Below are positions 1-10,057 of a stretch of DNA of 64,000 nt, one piece after another (within the stretch, counting starts at the first letter, position 1; each line of letters starts with the position of its first letter). The notes beneath the pieces were generated by a model. That model worked only from the letters and a program-made list of their open reading frames with translations, had not been told where the DNA came from and ran no database searches. Location: the IMG/VR virus record IMGVR_UViG_3300032323_002950, positions 8,497 through 72,496 of that record, one strand, 5' to 3'. This DNA comes from a virus. A program made the position numbers and the translations under genes.

Positions 1-375
1 TATGATTTTATTTAATAAGTAATATGATGGGAAGATATAAGGGTCTAATTTTTCCTCAACATTACCAGGTAATGAACCTAATTTTTCTTCCGCCTCAACT
101 GCTGGTCTTACAATAATAATTTTCTCATATGGAGAATCGTGTTCGGCAAGTAAATCTACCGCCGCCTTCATTGCAATAAAACTCTTACCAACTCCTGCAG
201 GTCCTGAACAAATAGTAATTTGATTCCTTCTTAATTTATCGTAATATTCTCTTTGACTTTGAGTTAAAAATTTGTCTTTTCCTTTTTTTATAATTCTACA
301 AATTTGGTCTTTCTTTGAGATTTTAATTTCTCCCCCGAAATCTATGGGGTCTTTAGTTGTTTTTTTTCTTGTCAT
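1..375 (-). CDS. phoH: PhoH-family ATPase (partial, runs off window start)
   Basis: Not in the ORF track. Manual translation from ATG at 375 gives MTRKKTTKD...ITICSGPAGVGKSFIAM...IIIVRPAVEAEEKLGSLPGNVEEKLDPY, with Walker A and the PhoH 'RPAVEA.EKLG.LPG' signature. Confidence 0.92.
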   Translation of the reverse strand, partial: MTRKKTTKDPIDFGGEIKISKKDQICRIIKKGKDKFLTQSQREYYDKLRRNQITICSGPAGVGKSFIAMKAAVDLLAEHDSPYEKIIIVRPAVEAEEKLGSLPGNVEEKLDPYIFPSYYLLNKII

Positions 376-1279
376 TAATTTCTTTTTTTAACCATTCTTG
401 AACTTTTAATTCGGGTTCCCACCCAAGTGTTTTTTTTATTTTTTCATTATTACATAATGTTAAAAACGGTTCAATTCTATGACCAATATTAATTGTTGGG
501 TGATTAAAGTAACTAGCAATTTCATTCACTGAAATATTACCTCCTGAACCAACGTTAAACACATTAAAATTTCCAGTATCTGAAATACAGGATAAATAAT
601 TTGCCCTAACAACATCATTAACATGAATAAAATCTCTTCTTTGATTACCGTCATTAGTTATGGTAAGAGGTAAATTTAAATCGTATTGTTCTCTAAACAC
701 AGATATTACAGATTTATATGCCCCATGGTTAGTCATCCTATTCCCAAAGACATTAAAATATCTTAAACATACCCCATTAATACCGAAAATTTTTGTATAT
801 AATTCTATATATTTTTCAGACATAAGTTTTTGTAATCCGTAAGGTGATAATATATTTAAATCGCAATTTTCATCTGTTGGGTATTTTTCATTATTCCCAT
901 AAACTGCCGATGTACTTGAAAAAACTATTTTTTTTATTTTAGTACCTCTCATAGCTTCTAAAATATTAAGAGTTGTTTGGAAGTTACTATCATGACTATC
1001 TAATGGAAAATCAATTGACCCCTGAACATTTGGAGTTGCTGCCATATGAATAAGGTAATCATAGTGATTACATAAATGTCTGATTTTTTCAATATTTTGT
1101 TTATCTGAAATATCTAAATTATAAAAAATTGTTTTTTTATTTAAATTTTTAATATCACCTGTACTTAAATTATCGATAATTACAACATCATGTCCTAATG
1201 AAATTAAATAATCTGACATGTTAGACCCTATAAACCCAGCACCTCCACAAACTATAAATTTTAAATTATTTTTTTCCAT
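353..1279 (-). CDS. NAD-dependent sugar-nucleotide epimerase/dehydratase (extended SDR)
   Basis: GGAGFIGS, SSTSAVYG, YGLQK (YxxxK), LRYFNVFG, RDFIHVNDV. Confidence 0.9.
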   Translation of the reverse strand: MEKNNLKFIVCGGAGFIGSNMSDYLISLGHDVVIIDNLSTGDIKNLNKKTIFYNLDISDKQNIEKIRHLCNHYDYLIHMAATPNVQGSIDFPLDSHDSNFQTTLNILEAMRGTKIKKIVFSSTSAVYGNNEKYPTDENCDLNILSPYGLQKLMSEKYIELYTKIFGINGVCLRYFNVFGNRMTNHGAYKSVISVFREQYDLNLPLTITNDGNQRRDFIHVNDVVRANYLSCISDTGNFNVFNVGSGGNISVNEIASYFNHPTINIGHRIEPFLTLCNNEKIKKTLGWEPELKVQEWLKKEINDKKKNN

Positions 1280-2240
1280 AATAATCTAACCAATAATTTA
1301 TCATTTCATCTAACATACTTTCAAATGTATATTCATGAGTCCATCCTGTGTGTTTGATTAATTTAGACGAATCACCTTTTAAATCACGTAATTCTTCTGG
1401 TCTTAAAAATTTTTCATCCTGTTTAATATATTCTGACCAATGAAGACCTAATCTGGTAAAAACATAGTTAACCAATTCTTTAACAGAATGAGAAATACCT
1501 GTTGCACAAACAAAATCATCAGGTTTATCTAATTGTAATATTTCCCACATTGCTTTAACGTAATCTTTAGCATGACCCCAATCTCTTGTTGCATCAAGAT
1601 TACCTAATTTTAATTCATTAGATAACCCTAATTTAATTTTAACGGCTTCTTTACATACTTTATTGGTTATAAAGTTTGTTCCTCTTCTCGGTGATTCATG
1701 ATTAAATAAAATTCCGTTTGATACAAACATACCGTAAGAATTACGATAATTACGACAAATATTATAACTGAACACTTTAGCACAACCATACGGTGAGACT
1801 GGATTCATTGATGTTGTCTCCCTTTGAAATCCATCAAAATCTATTGAATTTCCAAACATTTCAGAAGATGAAGCCTGATAAATTTTAGTGTTAGGTTTAA
1901 TAAGTTTTACAGCTTCTAAAAGATTTAAAGTTCCTAAACCAGTAACATTAGCGGTGTATATCGGTTGGTCAAATGAAATTCTAACATGAGATTGTGCCGC
2001 CAAATTATAGATTTCATCAGGCATTACTTTTTGTATTACAGATATTAAAGAGGACATGTCTGTTAAATCTGCGTAATGTAATGTAATTTTATCATAAACA
2101 TTATTAAGTCGAGCAGTTTGATTTTCCGCAACTGAGTTTCTTTTTAACACCCCATGAACTTGGTATCCTTTTTCTAATAAAAATTCTGATAAATATGAAC
2201 CATCTTGACCATTAATACCGGTTATAATTGCTTTTTTCAT
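1266..2240 (-). CDS. gmd: GDP-mannose 4,6-dehydratase
   Basis: ITGINGQDGSYL, YNLAAQSHV, QASSSEMFG, SPYGCAK, GILFNHESPRRG, GNLDATRDWGHA. Confidence 0.96.
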   Translation of the reverse strand: MKKAIITGINGQDGSYLSEFLLEKGYQVHGVLKRNSVAENQTARLNNVYDKITLHYADLTDMSSLISVIQKVMPDEIYNLAAQSHVRISFDQPIYTANVTGLGTLNLLEAVKLIKPNTKIYQASSSEMFGNSIDFDGFQRETTSMNPVSPYGCAKVFSYNICRNYRNSYGMFVSNGILFNHESPRRGTNFITNKVCKEAVKIKLGLSNELKLGNLDATRDWGHAKDYVKAMWEILQLDKPDDFVCATGISHSVKELVNYVFTRLGLHWSEYIKQDEKFLRPEELRDLKGDSSKLIKHTGWTHEYTFESMLDEMINYWLDYYGKK

Positions 2241-2277
2241 ATTTTACAATTTTTTATTTAAATCTAAATAAAACATA

Positions 2278-3069
2278 TTATTTTACGTTACTTAATATGT
2301 GCTCAATGACATTTTTGTGTGATTCATATGGTCTTGGTGAATGAAAATCAATATAAAATTCTGATTTAATAAGATTTACATCATAAATCATATTTGACCT
2401 ATCTATTCTCTCGTAATTACCATTAATCGGGGGGAGTTCAACCAAAGAGTTAGAATTTTTTAAAAGTTCTCCGGTATACATTTCCTCAGAACAAAACCAC
2501 CCATAATCGGAAGAAGCCATTCTATTTTCTGGATTACTATTAATATTATGGAACATTATTCCCCATTTTTTACTATTAAAAATTTCCATAACAACATCCT
2601 CAAAAGATTTATTTACGAATTTCAATTCCTCTTTAAAAATTTTTCCTTTGGCTACGTGGTAATAACCAGCTAAACCATCTAATCTATTTCTCCAATCTTT
2701 TCCGTAGGCGTAAGGGTTTAAATGAACATATTTATCATCACTAATATCCTTAATCCTGTTTTTAAAATGGTAATTTTGTAATGGGTATAAATCTAAGTCA
2801 CCAACCATCCAAGTAGTTTCCAGCTCTGTTAAAGTAAAATAAAATTTACCAATTAATGCCTGTATAATTGTGGGAACTCCATCTATTTTTTTAATAAATT
2901 CAACCTCTCCGTGTTCACACTCGTATGAAGATATATCAGGGTTATCGCCAATGATAAATAATTTAGAATTAAAATTTAGTTTTTCTTTAAAATGCTTACT
3001 TATCGAAAACCAAAATGATTTATAGTGAGGATTATCATCAATTGTAAAAATTACTTTTTCAATATTCAT
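2278..3069 (-). CDS. Putative glycosyltransferase-like protein
   Basis: GDLDLYP DxD-like motif and position in the glycan operon; family not recognised. Confidence 0.4.
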   Translation of the reverse strand: MNIEKVIFTIDDNPHYKSFWFSISKHFKEKLNFNSKLFIIGDNPDISSYECEHGEVEFIKKIDGVPTIIQALIGKFYFTLTELETTWMVGDLDLYPLQNYHFKNRIKDISDDKYVHLNPYAYGKDWRNRLDGLAGYYHVAKGKIFKEELKFVNKSFEDVVMEIFNSKKWGIMFHNINSNPENRMASSDYGWFCSEEMYTGELLKNSNSLVELPPINGNYERIDRSNMIYDVNLIKSEFYIDFHSPRPYESHKNVIEHILSNVK

Positions 3070-3075
3070 ATTTAA

Positions 3076-3106
3076 TTTATTTGTTTATTTATTTGTTTAT
3101 TTATTT
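3076..3106. repeat. Short AT-rich tandem repeat (TTTATTTGTTTA unit, about 2.5 copies)
   Basis: tttatttgtttatttatttgtttatttattt; reads as an A-rich leader on the minus strand just upstream of ATG 3069. Confidence 0.55.
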
Positions 3107-3151
3107 TATGTGATAATGTAATTAAATGACATAAAAAGTATATTTATAACA

Positions 3152-3868
3152 TCAATCTTTACAAAATGTTTCAAATCCTTTAACTTTGTTGTACCAAATT
3201 AATTTTGAATCAATTGACATTGATTTTTTAAATTTATATAAAACATCCATACAAAAATCATAGTCATACGAAATAATTCTGTTTTCATTCCATTCAATAT
3301 GTTTAAGTACTTCTCTTTTTATTGTTGTTGGTCCTCCACATATCCAGAAATCTAACATTCCTGAATATGAAGAGTGTTTAATATTTTGGTCTCTTTCATT
3401 TACATTAGTAATACCGGAAAAATGTAAATCATATAGTTCATCAAAACCTACAAATTTTATATCTTTTAAATTTATATTTTTGAATTCAGTTTCATATTGA
3501 AAAGAATGATTTAAATGTAGGATATCAAAATTTTTAAAAAAATATTTTATTATTTCAATTCTTTGTGGGTGAGGTATGTCATCTGAATCATGATAACTAA
3601 TCAATTCATTTTCTGCAAATTTTGAGCCATTACCTCTATTAGGACCTTCTAAAAGAATGAATTCATTTTTAATTATTTTTAAACTTTCAAATGATTTGAA
3701 ATATTTTGTTTCTAAATTTTGAATGTCTATTGGATTTATAAAATTTGAGTTTGATACTGAAATAATCACTTCGTCTGGTTTTTCAGTTCCTAATTCATAA
3801 TTTTTTAAAATACAATCCAAAAATCTAAAATGATTTGGTGTTGTTGGTATTACTAAAGATAGTTTCAT
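3152..3868 (-). CDS. GT2-family glycosyltransferase
   Basis: LSLVIPT, NRGNGS, YHDSDD, YDYDF. Confidence 0.8.
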   Translation of the reverse strand: MKLSLVIPTTPNHFRFLDCILKNYELGTEKPDEVIISVSNSNFINPIDIQNLETKYFKSFESLKIIKNEFILLEGPNRGNGSKFAENELISYHDSDDIPHPQRIEIIKYFFKNFDILHLNHSFQYETEFKNINLKDIKFVGFDELYDLHFSGITNVNERDQNIKHSSYSGMLDFWICGGPTTIKREVLKHIEWNENRIISYDYDFCMDVLYKFKKSMSIDSKLIWYNKVKGFETFCKD

Positions 3869-3869
3869 A

Positions 3870-4628
3870 TTATTGGTAGTTAAATGTATTAGGATAATGT
3901 AAATTTTTCAATATATTTTCAGAATATTTTAATGTTAATGGATGAAATATATTACCATTTATAACCGCCCATTTTATTGGATAATTAGATAATTGATTAG
4001 TAATTGGGTTTATATGTCCATTTGAATCTCTTGGGAATTGGGCTGGAAATCTTTTTAAACTTTCTAAGTACCCATCCATTTTTTCATTTAAAGCGTTCCA
4101 CCAATCATTAGTAAACGGAGTATTTTTTTTAAAAATAAAACACCCATTACCAATTAACTTATCCCAATTACTTTTAATAATTGATGAATCCCATCTATCA
4201 CCATCATTGGAAATAGAAAAATCTCTACAAAATTTAGAATTTTTTGGATTTAATGTACAATTTTCTAAAACTGCAATGTGTCCTGGGTCAAGTTCCCGAT
4301 AACCAACCCCATATAAATTATCTTTACCATATAATAAATCAAAAAAAGAAACCCAAGAACCTGATGTTTTTTTTATATCACTATATCCTCCACCATAATG
4401 ATGCATAAAATAACACTTTAAATAATCTCCTTGTTGTATTTCAGATAAATATTTAAATCCCTCATGTAATGGATAATTTGGTAAAACATAACTTGGGAGA
4501 GTTTTTTTAGTTATTAATTCAACATTACATTTTGATACGTCTAATAAGTTATCTAATGATTTTTTTCTGTTATCTGACATCTCCTCATCATTCATCCACC
4601 AACAGTATATTGTATATTTATTACTCAT
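3870..4628 (-). CDS. DxD glycosyltransferase (GT32/capsular-polysaccharide-synthesis type)
   Basis: IYCWW, GDYLKCYFMHHYGGGYSDIK. Confidence 0.75.
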   Translation of the reverse strand: MSNKYTIYCWWMNDEEMSDNRKKSLDNLLDVSKCNVELITKKTLPSYVLPNYPLHEGFKYLSEIQQGDYLKCYFMHHYGGGYSDIKKTSGSWVSFFDLLYGKDNLYGVGYRELDPGHIAVLENCTLNPKNSKFCRDFSISNDGDRWDSSIIKSNWDKLIGNGCFIFKKNTPFTNDWWNALNEKMDGYLESLKRFPAQFPRDSNGHINPITNQLSNYPIKWAVINGNIFHPLTLKYSENILKNLHYPNTFNYQ

Positions 4629-4629
4629 A

Positions 4630-5253
4630 TTATTTATTTTTGTGATTTATCCATACTTCATTACACCCAATTACCATATCAAACTCAAAACCATTAGATA
4701 TCATTATATCTCTACATTCTTGATTTTTTTCTAAATTATAATCAGACATCTCAATTAAAATAACATATATTGGAATTGACCAATCGTAAGATTTTAAAAC
4801 TTCAAGCTCCCCCCCTTCAACATCCAAGCTTAAAAAATCAACTTTATTTATTTTTTTATTAATTTGTGTAACATCATTAAGTATTGATTTAAGTGTTACA
4901 CTTTTAATAATTTTTGAATCATCTCGATTAATATTCCACCCATTAATATGTTGGTCACTCATTAAATTTTTAATACCTCCTAATGCCCCATCTCCAATAA
5001 ACTCAACAAAATCATTTTTTTGCGAAATTGCAACATTATAACAATAAGAGTTAGGTCTATTGTGACGTAAAATATTAATATTATAATTTGGCTCAATTAA
5101 AATACCTGACCACCCTAAATTTAATTCAAAAAAATAAGTGTTTGAGTATTGAATTCCGTCCATAGCCCCTAACTCAATAAAAAAACCATTATTATAATTT
5201 AAATATTTTTGAAATAAAATTTCATCTTCTTTTTGTTGACTATAAAAATTCAT
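4630..5253 (-). CDS. FkbM-family SAM methyltransferase
   Basis: FYSQ, FFIELGAMDG, SNT, GWSGILIEP, DFLSLDVEGGELEVL. Confidence 0.9.
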   Translation of the reverse strand: MNFYSQQKEDEILFQKYLNYNNGFFIELGAMDGIQYSNTYFFELNLGWSGILIEPNYNINILRHNRPNSYCYNVAISQKNDFVEFIGDGALGGIKNLMSDQHINGWNINRDDSKIIKSVTLKSILNDVTQINKKINKVDFLSLDVEGGELEVLKSYDWSIPIYVILIEMSDYNLEKNQECRDIMISNGFEFDMVIGCNEVWINHKNK

Positions 5254-6106
5254 ATTTTTGTTTTATTTTTTCAATTATTAAATTGGCTCGAGATTCAAAG
5301 GAATGGTCATTTAGTATTTTACTTTTAGCAAGTTTTGCAATTTTTTCCCTTTCATCTTCATTTGATAAATAATAATTTTTTTTATTTTCAAAATCATCAT
5401 CATTTACGTATATCATTTTAAGTATGTTTTCATCATTCTGAATCATTTCTACAAAATCTTCATTGTAATTACTTAGCATAAAACTACCCGAGGCAATAAT
5501 CTCAAGCATTTTTGCATTTAAATCGTAAGACATGGATTTGTTAAAACATATTTTAGATTTTTTCATTTCTTTTATATAATCTTCACCATATGCCTGAATG
5601 TGTTTTATTCCATATTTACTAATCATTCGTTCCCTTTCTGGGGTCAGTCCACCAATAAATGAAATATCATATTCTTTATCAATAGGGGTGTCGTTTGAGT
5701 ATCTTTTTTTGGAAATTCCATATGGGAACCAAAATTTTTCACCATTAATATTATACCTGTCAATGTCACGTCTATTGTTAAATCCAACAAAATCAATATT
5801 ACAATAATTAATAAATGGTTCAAAATTTAATAAATGAGTATCAATTGCCCAAAACATTTTTGGGATTGTAATGGATTTCCAATCCCACCATTGCCATCCT
5901 GAAGACTGAGGGTAGTTTTCAGTGATTAAAACAAAATCATAATTATTTATTTTATTTGGTATTTCAGTTTCAGGGTAATCGGCGTTTGGGCCAAATACAT
6001 CACAATTATGACCTAAATTTTGAAATGCGTATTTGAATTCATACCCTTCTTTCCAGTCTTCATTTGGTCTACCTTTAAGTAGTAAATCTGCAATTAATAT
6101 ATTCAT
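5240..6106 (-). CDS. Glycosyltransferase (CgeB/Glyco_trans_1_2-like, GT-B)
   Basis: YDISFIGG, SKICFN, KMLEIIASGSFMLS, EREKIA...HSFESRA. Confidence 0.8.
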   Translation of the reverse strand: MNILIADLLLKGRPNEDWKEGYEFKYAFQNLGHNCDVFGPNADYPETEIPNKINNYDFVLITENYPQSSGWQWWDWKSITIPKMFWAIDTHLLNFEPFINYCNIDFVGFNNRRDIDRYNINGEKFWFPYGISKKRYSNDTPIDKEYDISFIGGLTPERERMISKYGIKHIQAYGEDYIKEMKKSKICFNKSMSYDLNAKMLEIIASGSFMLSNYNEDFVEMIQNDENILKMIYVNDDDFENKKNYYLSNEDEREKIAKLAKSKILNDHSFESRANLIIEKIKQKYEFL

Positions 6107-6753
6107 AAAAATTTAAAGTATTCTGTATGTCTATTATTTTTTTCGTCAAAAACATCACCAACAAATTCTTTATTTTGTCTTTCTGATGGAAATTTTTTTG
6201 AATTTGGTTCTACTTTGAAAAAAGAATCGTGAGTAAAACAATTATTTATTATTTTTGGATAAACTATTTCTCTAAGAAAATTTTGGTCAACCTGCCAAAA
6301 ATCTCCTTTTATATACCCATTAATTAATTCATCAATATTATTTAAAATACCATTTCTACATCCCCACATTCCTCCTAAAATTTCTGTTGTGTGATATGGA
6401 TGGTCTCTCATAATGTGAAAATCTTTATCAGAATTTAACCACTCGTCTACTGCCAATTTTTCTCTTAAACTTAAACGACTATCCGTATCTCTGGATAACA
6501 TTACACCACTATCCTTACACGCTGAAAATCTCCAAAACATTCCAGTCCAATCTCCGTCTTCATCCATAATTATCACCTCAGTATTAGGTATATTTCTAAG
6601 GGATTCAATTATATTTGAAGGAACACTTTTTCCACAATAAAATCTACCTATCCACCCATTATAAATTTGATTAACTAATTTAGCATTTTCAATCGCCCCA
6701 ATTGTATATTTTGGGTTATCTCCCCATAATGAAAAACTAATTATTTTTTTCAT
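6103..6753 (-). CDS. Putative glycosyltransferase (SFSLWG...RDTDSR...RDHPYH family)
   Basis: ISFSLWG, MFWRF, SRDTDSR, MRDHPYH, GGMWG, VDQNFL; paralog at 24815. Confidence 0.6.
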   Translation of the reverse strand: MKKIISFSLWGDNPKYTIGAIENAKLVNQIYNGWIGRFYCGKSVPSNIIESLRNIPNTEVIIMDEDGDWTGMFWRFSACKDSGVMLSRDTDSRLSLREKLAVDEWLNSDKDFHIMRDHPYHTTEILGGMWGCRNGILNNIDELINGYIKGDFWQVDQNFLREIVYPKIINNCFTHDSFFKVEPNSKKFPSERQNKEFVGDVFDEKNNRHTEYFKFL

Positions 6754-7412
6754 AAACCAAAATTAATTGATTTATTCCTTATGTAAATATTTTTATCATA
6801 ACCCTCATTATTATAATTTAATACATGGATATTATCTTTATCACCAAACCCCCAGTCAGGATGCTCGTGTTTTATTATTACCTCATCTATAAAAACTTGT
6901 TTACCTAAAATATTTGCAACATCGGTAAATTCATTATCACACCAAGTAGATAGATATTCTGGGTTATATATGTAGTTAAATCTTTCATAATATTTTTTTC
7001 CTAAAATACATAAGGTATTTAAATCTTTTCTATTTCCATCGGCAAACCACAATACCCCATCAGTATCAGGAAAATGTTTTTTCATATTATCTCTAATAAT
7101 TTCATCATAACCTTTAATTTTAGGTATCATATCATCAGAGGCTAATAAAACTATGTCCCAATCATTATCAGTATCCATATCTCGATTAACGGCATCTATT
7201 TTAGATTTACTACTTCCAAAAATAAATTTAGTATTTTTAAATGATGATAAAATATCAATAACATCATTGTTATTCATTTCACTATCATCAGTATCTAATG
7301 TAATTAAAAATTTAACATTTGATATGTCTGAACATAAATTTTGATATTGTTTTAAAACATTAAAAAATTTATGTTTTCTACCTCTAGTTGGGAACTTTAT
7401 TAAAATTTTCAT
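6750..7412 (-). CDS. GT2-like glycosyltransferase
   Basis: IKFPTRGR, LASDDM, WCDNEF, HEHP. Confidence 0.65.
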   Translation of the reverse strand: MKILIKFPTRGRKHKFFNVLKQYQNLCSDISNVKFLITLDTDDSEMNNNDVIDILSSFKNTKFIFGSSKSKIDAVNRDMDTDNDWDIVLLASDDMIPKIKGYDEIIRDNMKKHFPDTDGVLWFADGNRKDLNTLCILGKKYYERFNYIYNPEYLSTWCDNEFTDVANILGKQVFIDEVIIKHEHPDWGFGDKDNIHVLNYNNEGYDKNIYIRNKSINFGL

Positions 7413-8781
7413 TAAAATTTTTACTTATTATTTTATTATATAATTCTTGTTGATTTTTGTTTGCTTCTGTTGAAACAGTTCCATCGTTTTCATGGTGAAA
7501 ATAATTAAACAAAGGTTTTGGTATTCTCTTACCAGTATACCCATTTTTACCCATTCTAATCCATAAATCATAATCTTCCCATCCTTTTAATGTTTCATCA
7601 TATCCTCCACATTTATCAAAAGATTCTTTGTGGAACATAGAACAATTAACAATAAATGGACCTTGTATTAATCTATCAATTGACCACTCAGGTCTTTGCT
7701 CAACTCCTTGTAATTCACCAATATGGTTTGTGTCACAATATACTGGACTAATATTTTTATTATTTTTAAGTATATTAACACAATTTTGAATATATTCAGG
7801 GTGTATAGTGTCATCCGCGTCTAACGGTAATATGAAATCTCCATTTGAATTTTTAATTCCATTGTTTCTTGCTGAAGACGGACCTGAATTTTCTTGGGAA
7901 ATAACTGTAATATTTGAGTGTCCATGCAGACTATCCAATTTTAATTTCACGTATTCATCATTTGACCCATCATCAACAATTATGATTTCAAAATTTTTAT
8001 ATGTAGAATCAAATACTGATTGTAATGTCTTTTCAAATTGAACCCCATAATTGTATATCGGTATTACTACGGATACTAATGGGATTTTTTCATTTATTTT
8101 ATAAATTGGGTATTCAGATTTAAGTTTAATTGGTAAATTATTTTTAAATTGATTAACAAATTTAATTCTATTTTCTTCCCATTGTTGGTTTGTCATACCA
8201 ATGGATAAATGGGTAATTGGTACATTTGATATTGTCCCAATTTTTACATCCTGTAAAAAATTTTCAATACAAAATGTTGTATCATAAAAATGAAACCCAC
8301 TGATGGACTCGTTAAAATTGGACTTTATATTTGTTTTATTAATTGCAATAAACAAACCATCAACAATAACTGTATTAAGTATTTTACTTCCAAATGGTTT
8401 ATTATATTCCGATAACCATTTTTTACCCTGATGTTGGTGATAAACCTGACCAACCATTTCTCCTTGTATATCCCACCATCTACCACTAGATGGGTAGTAT
8501 GTTGTTCCAGCAACCCCTAATATCCCGTAATCCGAGTGTTTATCAAAATGTTCTAAAATTCTTTTAGCCCAATATGACTTTTCAAATAAAATATCGTCGT
8601 GACATAGTACGACAATATTATTTGATGACTCATTTAAAATTTCATTATAAACTTGGGATAATGATTTTGTACCAGGATTAACTTTTTCAATTATCTCACA
8701 ATCTTTAATCCCACATGTTGAAATTAGATAATTTTTAAAATCAGGTTTGGTAGATTTTGTACTATACCCTATCGTTATCAT
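7384..8781 (-). CDS. Two-domain glycosyltransferase (GT2-like + GT2)
   Basis: N-domain LCHDDI, GVAG, VDGLF, FHFYD; C-domain VSVVIPIYN, IVDDGS, SARNNG, LDADD, EDYDLW. Confidence 0.88.
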   Translation of the reverse strand: MITIGYSTKSTKPDFKNYLISTCGIKDCEIIEKVNPGTKSLSQVYNEILNESSNNIVVLCHDDILFEKSYWAKRILEHFDKHSDYGILGVAGTTYYPSSGRWWDIQGEMVGQVYHQHQGKKWLSEYNKPFGSKILNTVIVDGLFIAINKTNIKSNFNESISGFHFYDTTFCIENFLQDVKIGTISNVPITHLSIGMTNQQWEENRIKFVNQFKNNLPIKLKSEYPIYKINEKIPLVSVVIPIYNYGVQFEKTLQSVFDSTYKNFEIIIVDDGSNDEYVKLKLDSLHGHSNITVISQENSGPSSARNNGIKNSNGDFILPLDADDTIHPEYIQNCVNILKNNKNISPVYCDTNHIGELQGVEQRPEWSIDRLIQGPFIVNCSMFHKESFDKCGGYDETLKGWEDYDLWIRMGKNGYTGKRIPKPLFNYFHHENDGTVSTEANKNQQELYNKIISKNFNENFNKVPN

Positions 8782-9362
8782 ATTCCCGTACTTCCAAAAC
8801 CATTATTACCCCTTTCGGTATTTCCTAATTTTTCAACCTTCTCTAAATTTATCCATCTACCTGTAACACATCTTGCAACAACTGCTTGTGCAATTTTCAT
8901 ACCTCGTGTAATTGTAAATGGTTCAGGGTTTGTATTAAACACGATAACTTTGACTTCTCCATTATAACCCTCATCTATTGTTCCAGGAGTGTTTAAAACA
9001 GTTAATCCATGATTTAGGGCTAACCCACTTTTAGGTCTTACCTGTATTTCAAAATCCTGAGGGATTTGAAAACTAATTCCTGTTGGTATTAACATTCTAC
9101 CAAATGCGGGAATGGTGTATTCATCTGAGGAGTATAAATCAAATCCGCTATCGGAGTCGTAATTATACATTAAATTTTTACCTGTTGAGGAAGTATACTT
9201 TAAAGTTACTTTTTCAGAAGACATCTGCTCCATATCCCTCTCTAACTGTTCTAAATCAATACCTAACTTATCGGTTATTTTTTTGTACATATCCCCATAA
9301 TTTGCATCCTGAGATAAATCGGGTATAATTTTGTTTAATTCTGACATAAATTCATCTTTCAT
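8778..9362 (-). CDS. dut: dUTPase (trimeric) with N-terminal extension
   Basis: SGFDL, RPKSGLA, GTIDEGYNGE, KIAQ, RGNNGFGSTG. Confidence 0.95.
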   Translation of the reverse strand: MKDEFMSELNKIIPDLSQDANYGDMYKKITDKLGIDLEQLERDMEQMSSEKVTLKYTSSTGKNLMYNYDSDSGFDLYSSDEYTIPAFGRMLIPTGISFQIPQDFEIQVRPKSGLALNHGLTVLNTPGTIDEGYNGEVKVIVFNTNPEPFTITRGMKIAQAVVARCVTGRWINLEKVEKLGNTERGNNGFGSTGI

Positions 9363-10057
9363 AATGACATAATTTTTGTTACTACGTTTATTAATACTTC
9401 TACATCTTTTTCACAATACTCTTGGATTTCATCATATTTGTTTTCAAACCAAAAAGCGTCGTGGACTTTATTTCCTGTGACTTCCATGTTCTTTGAGCTT
9501 TCAATACCCAAAGAAATACACATTAGTTCTAATGAAGAGATTGCCCCAAACTGACCATATTGCCATACTTCTTTTGTATCAATTGCTTTAATTTCCCATG
9601 GCTTTGTATCATACGATGGTAATATTGCCGATGGGAGTATTCCATTAACTAACATTTTTTTTGCAAGAACTGGAATATCAAAGTTCTTTATATTGTGACC
9701 ACAAAGAATGAACCCTAACTTGTCAACTCGATTTAATAATGAATTAACATCTTTAAGTAATTGTTCTTCATCGGAATTAAAGAAACTTTGTTTTTTAACT
9801 TCACCCTTTGGGTCAACAAATCCAACAGAAACACAAACAATTTTTAAAAATTCTGGAACAAGCGCCGCTCTGTTAACAAAAACTTCTTCCTTTGGTTTTT
9901 CAGAATCCTCAGGAAATCTTTTATGGAACCAATCCAAATAGTTTTCAAATTGGTAAGAAAGTGCGGGATAGTCCCGTTGGAAATTTTCAAAATTACTAGA
10001 AACACCAACGGTTTCAATATCCAAAAATAAAATCTTGTGTAACGGATGTTTTATCAT
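9359..10057 (-). CDS. Stand-alone PolB-related 3'-5' exonuclease (DEDDy)
   Basis: FLDIETV, GHNIKNFDIP, YCEKDV. Confidence 0.88.
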   Translation of the reverse strand: MIKHPLHKILFLDIETVGVSSNFENFQRDYPALSYQFENYLDWFHKRFPEDSEKPKEEVFVNRAALVPEFLKIVCVSVGFVDPKGEVKKQSFFNSDEEQLLKDVNSLLNRVDKLGFILCGHNIKNFDIPVLAKKMLVNGILPSAILPSYDTKPWEIKAIDTKEVWQYGQFGAISSLELMCISLGIESSKNMEVTGNKVHDAFWFENKYDEIQEYCEKDVEVLINVVTKIMSL

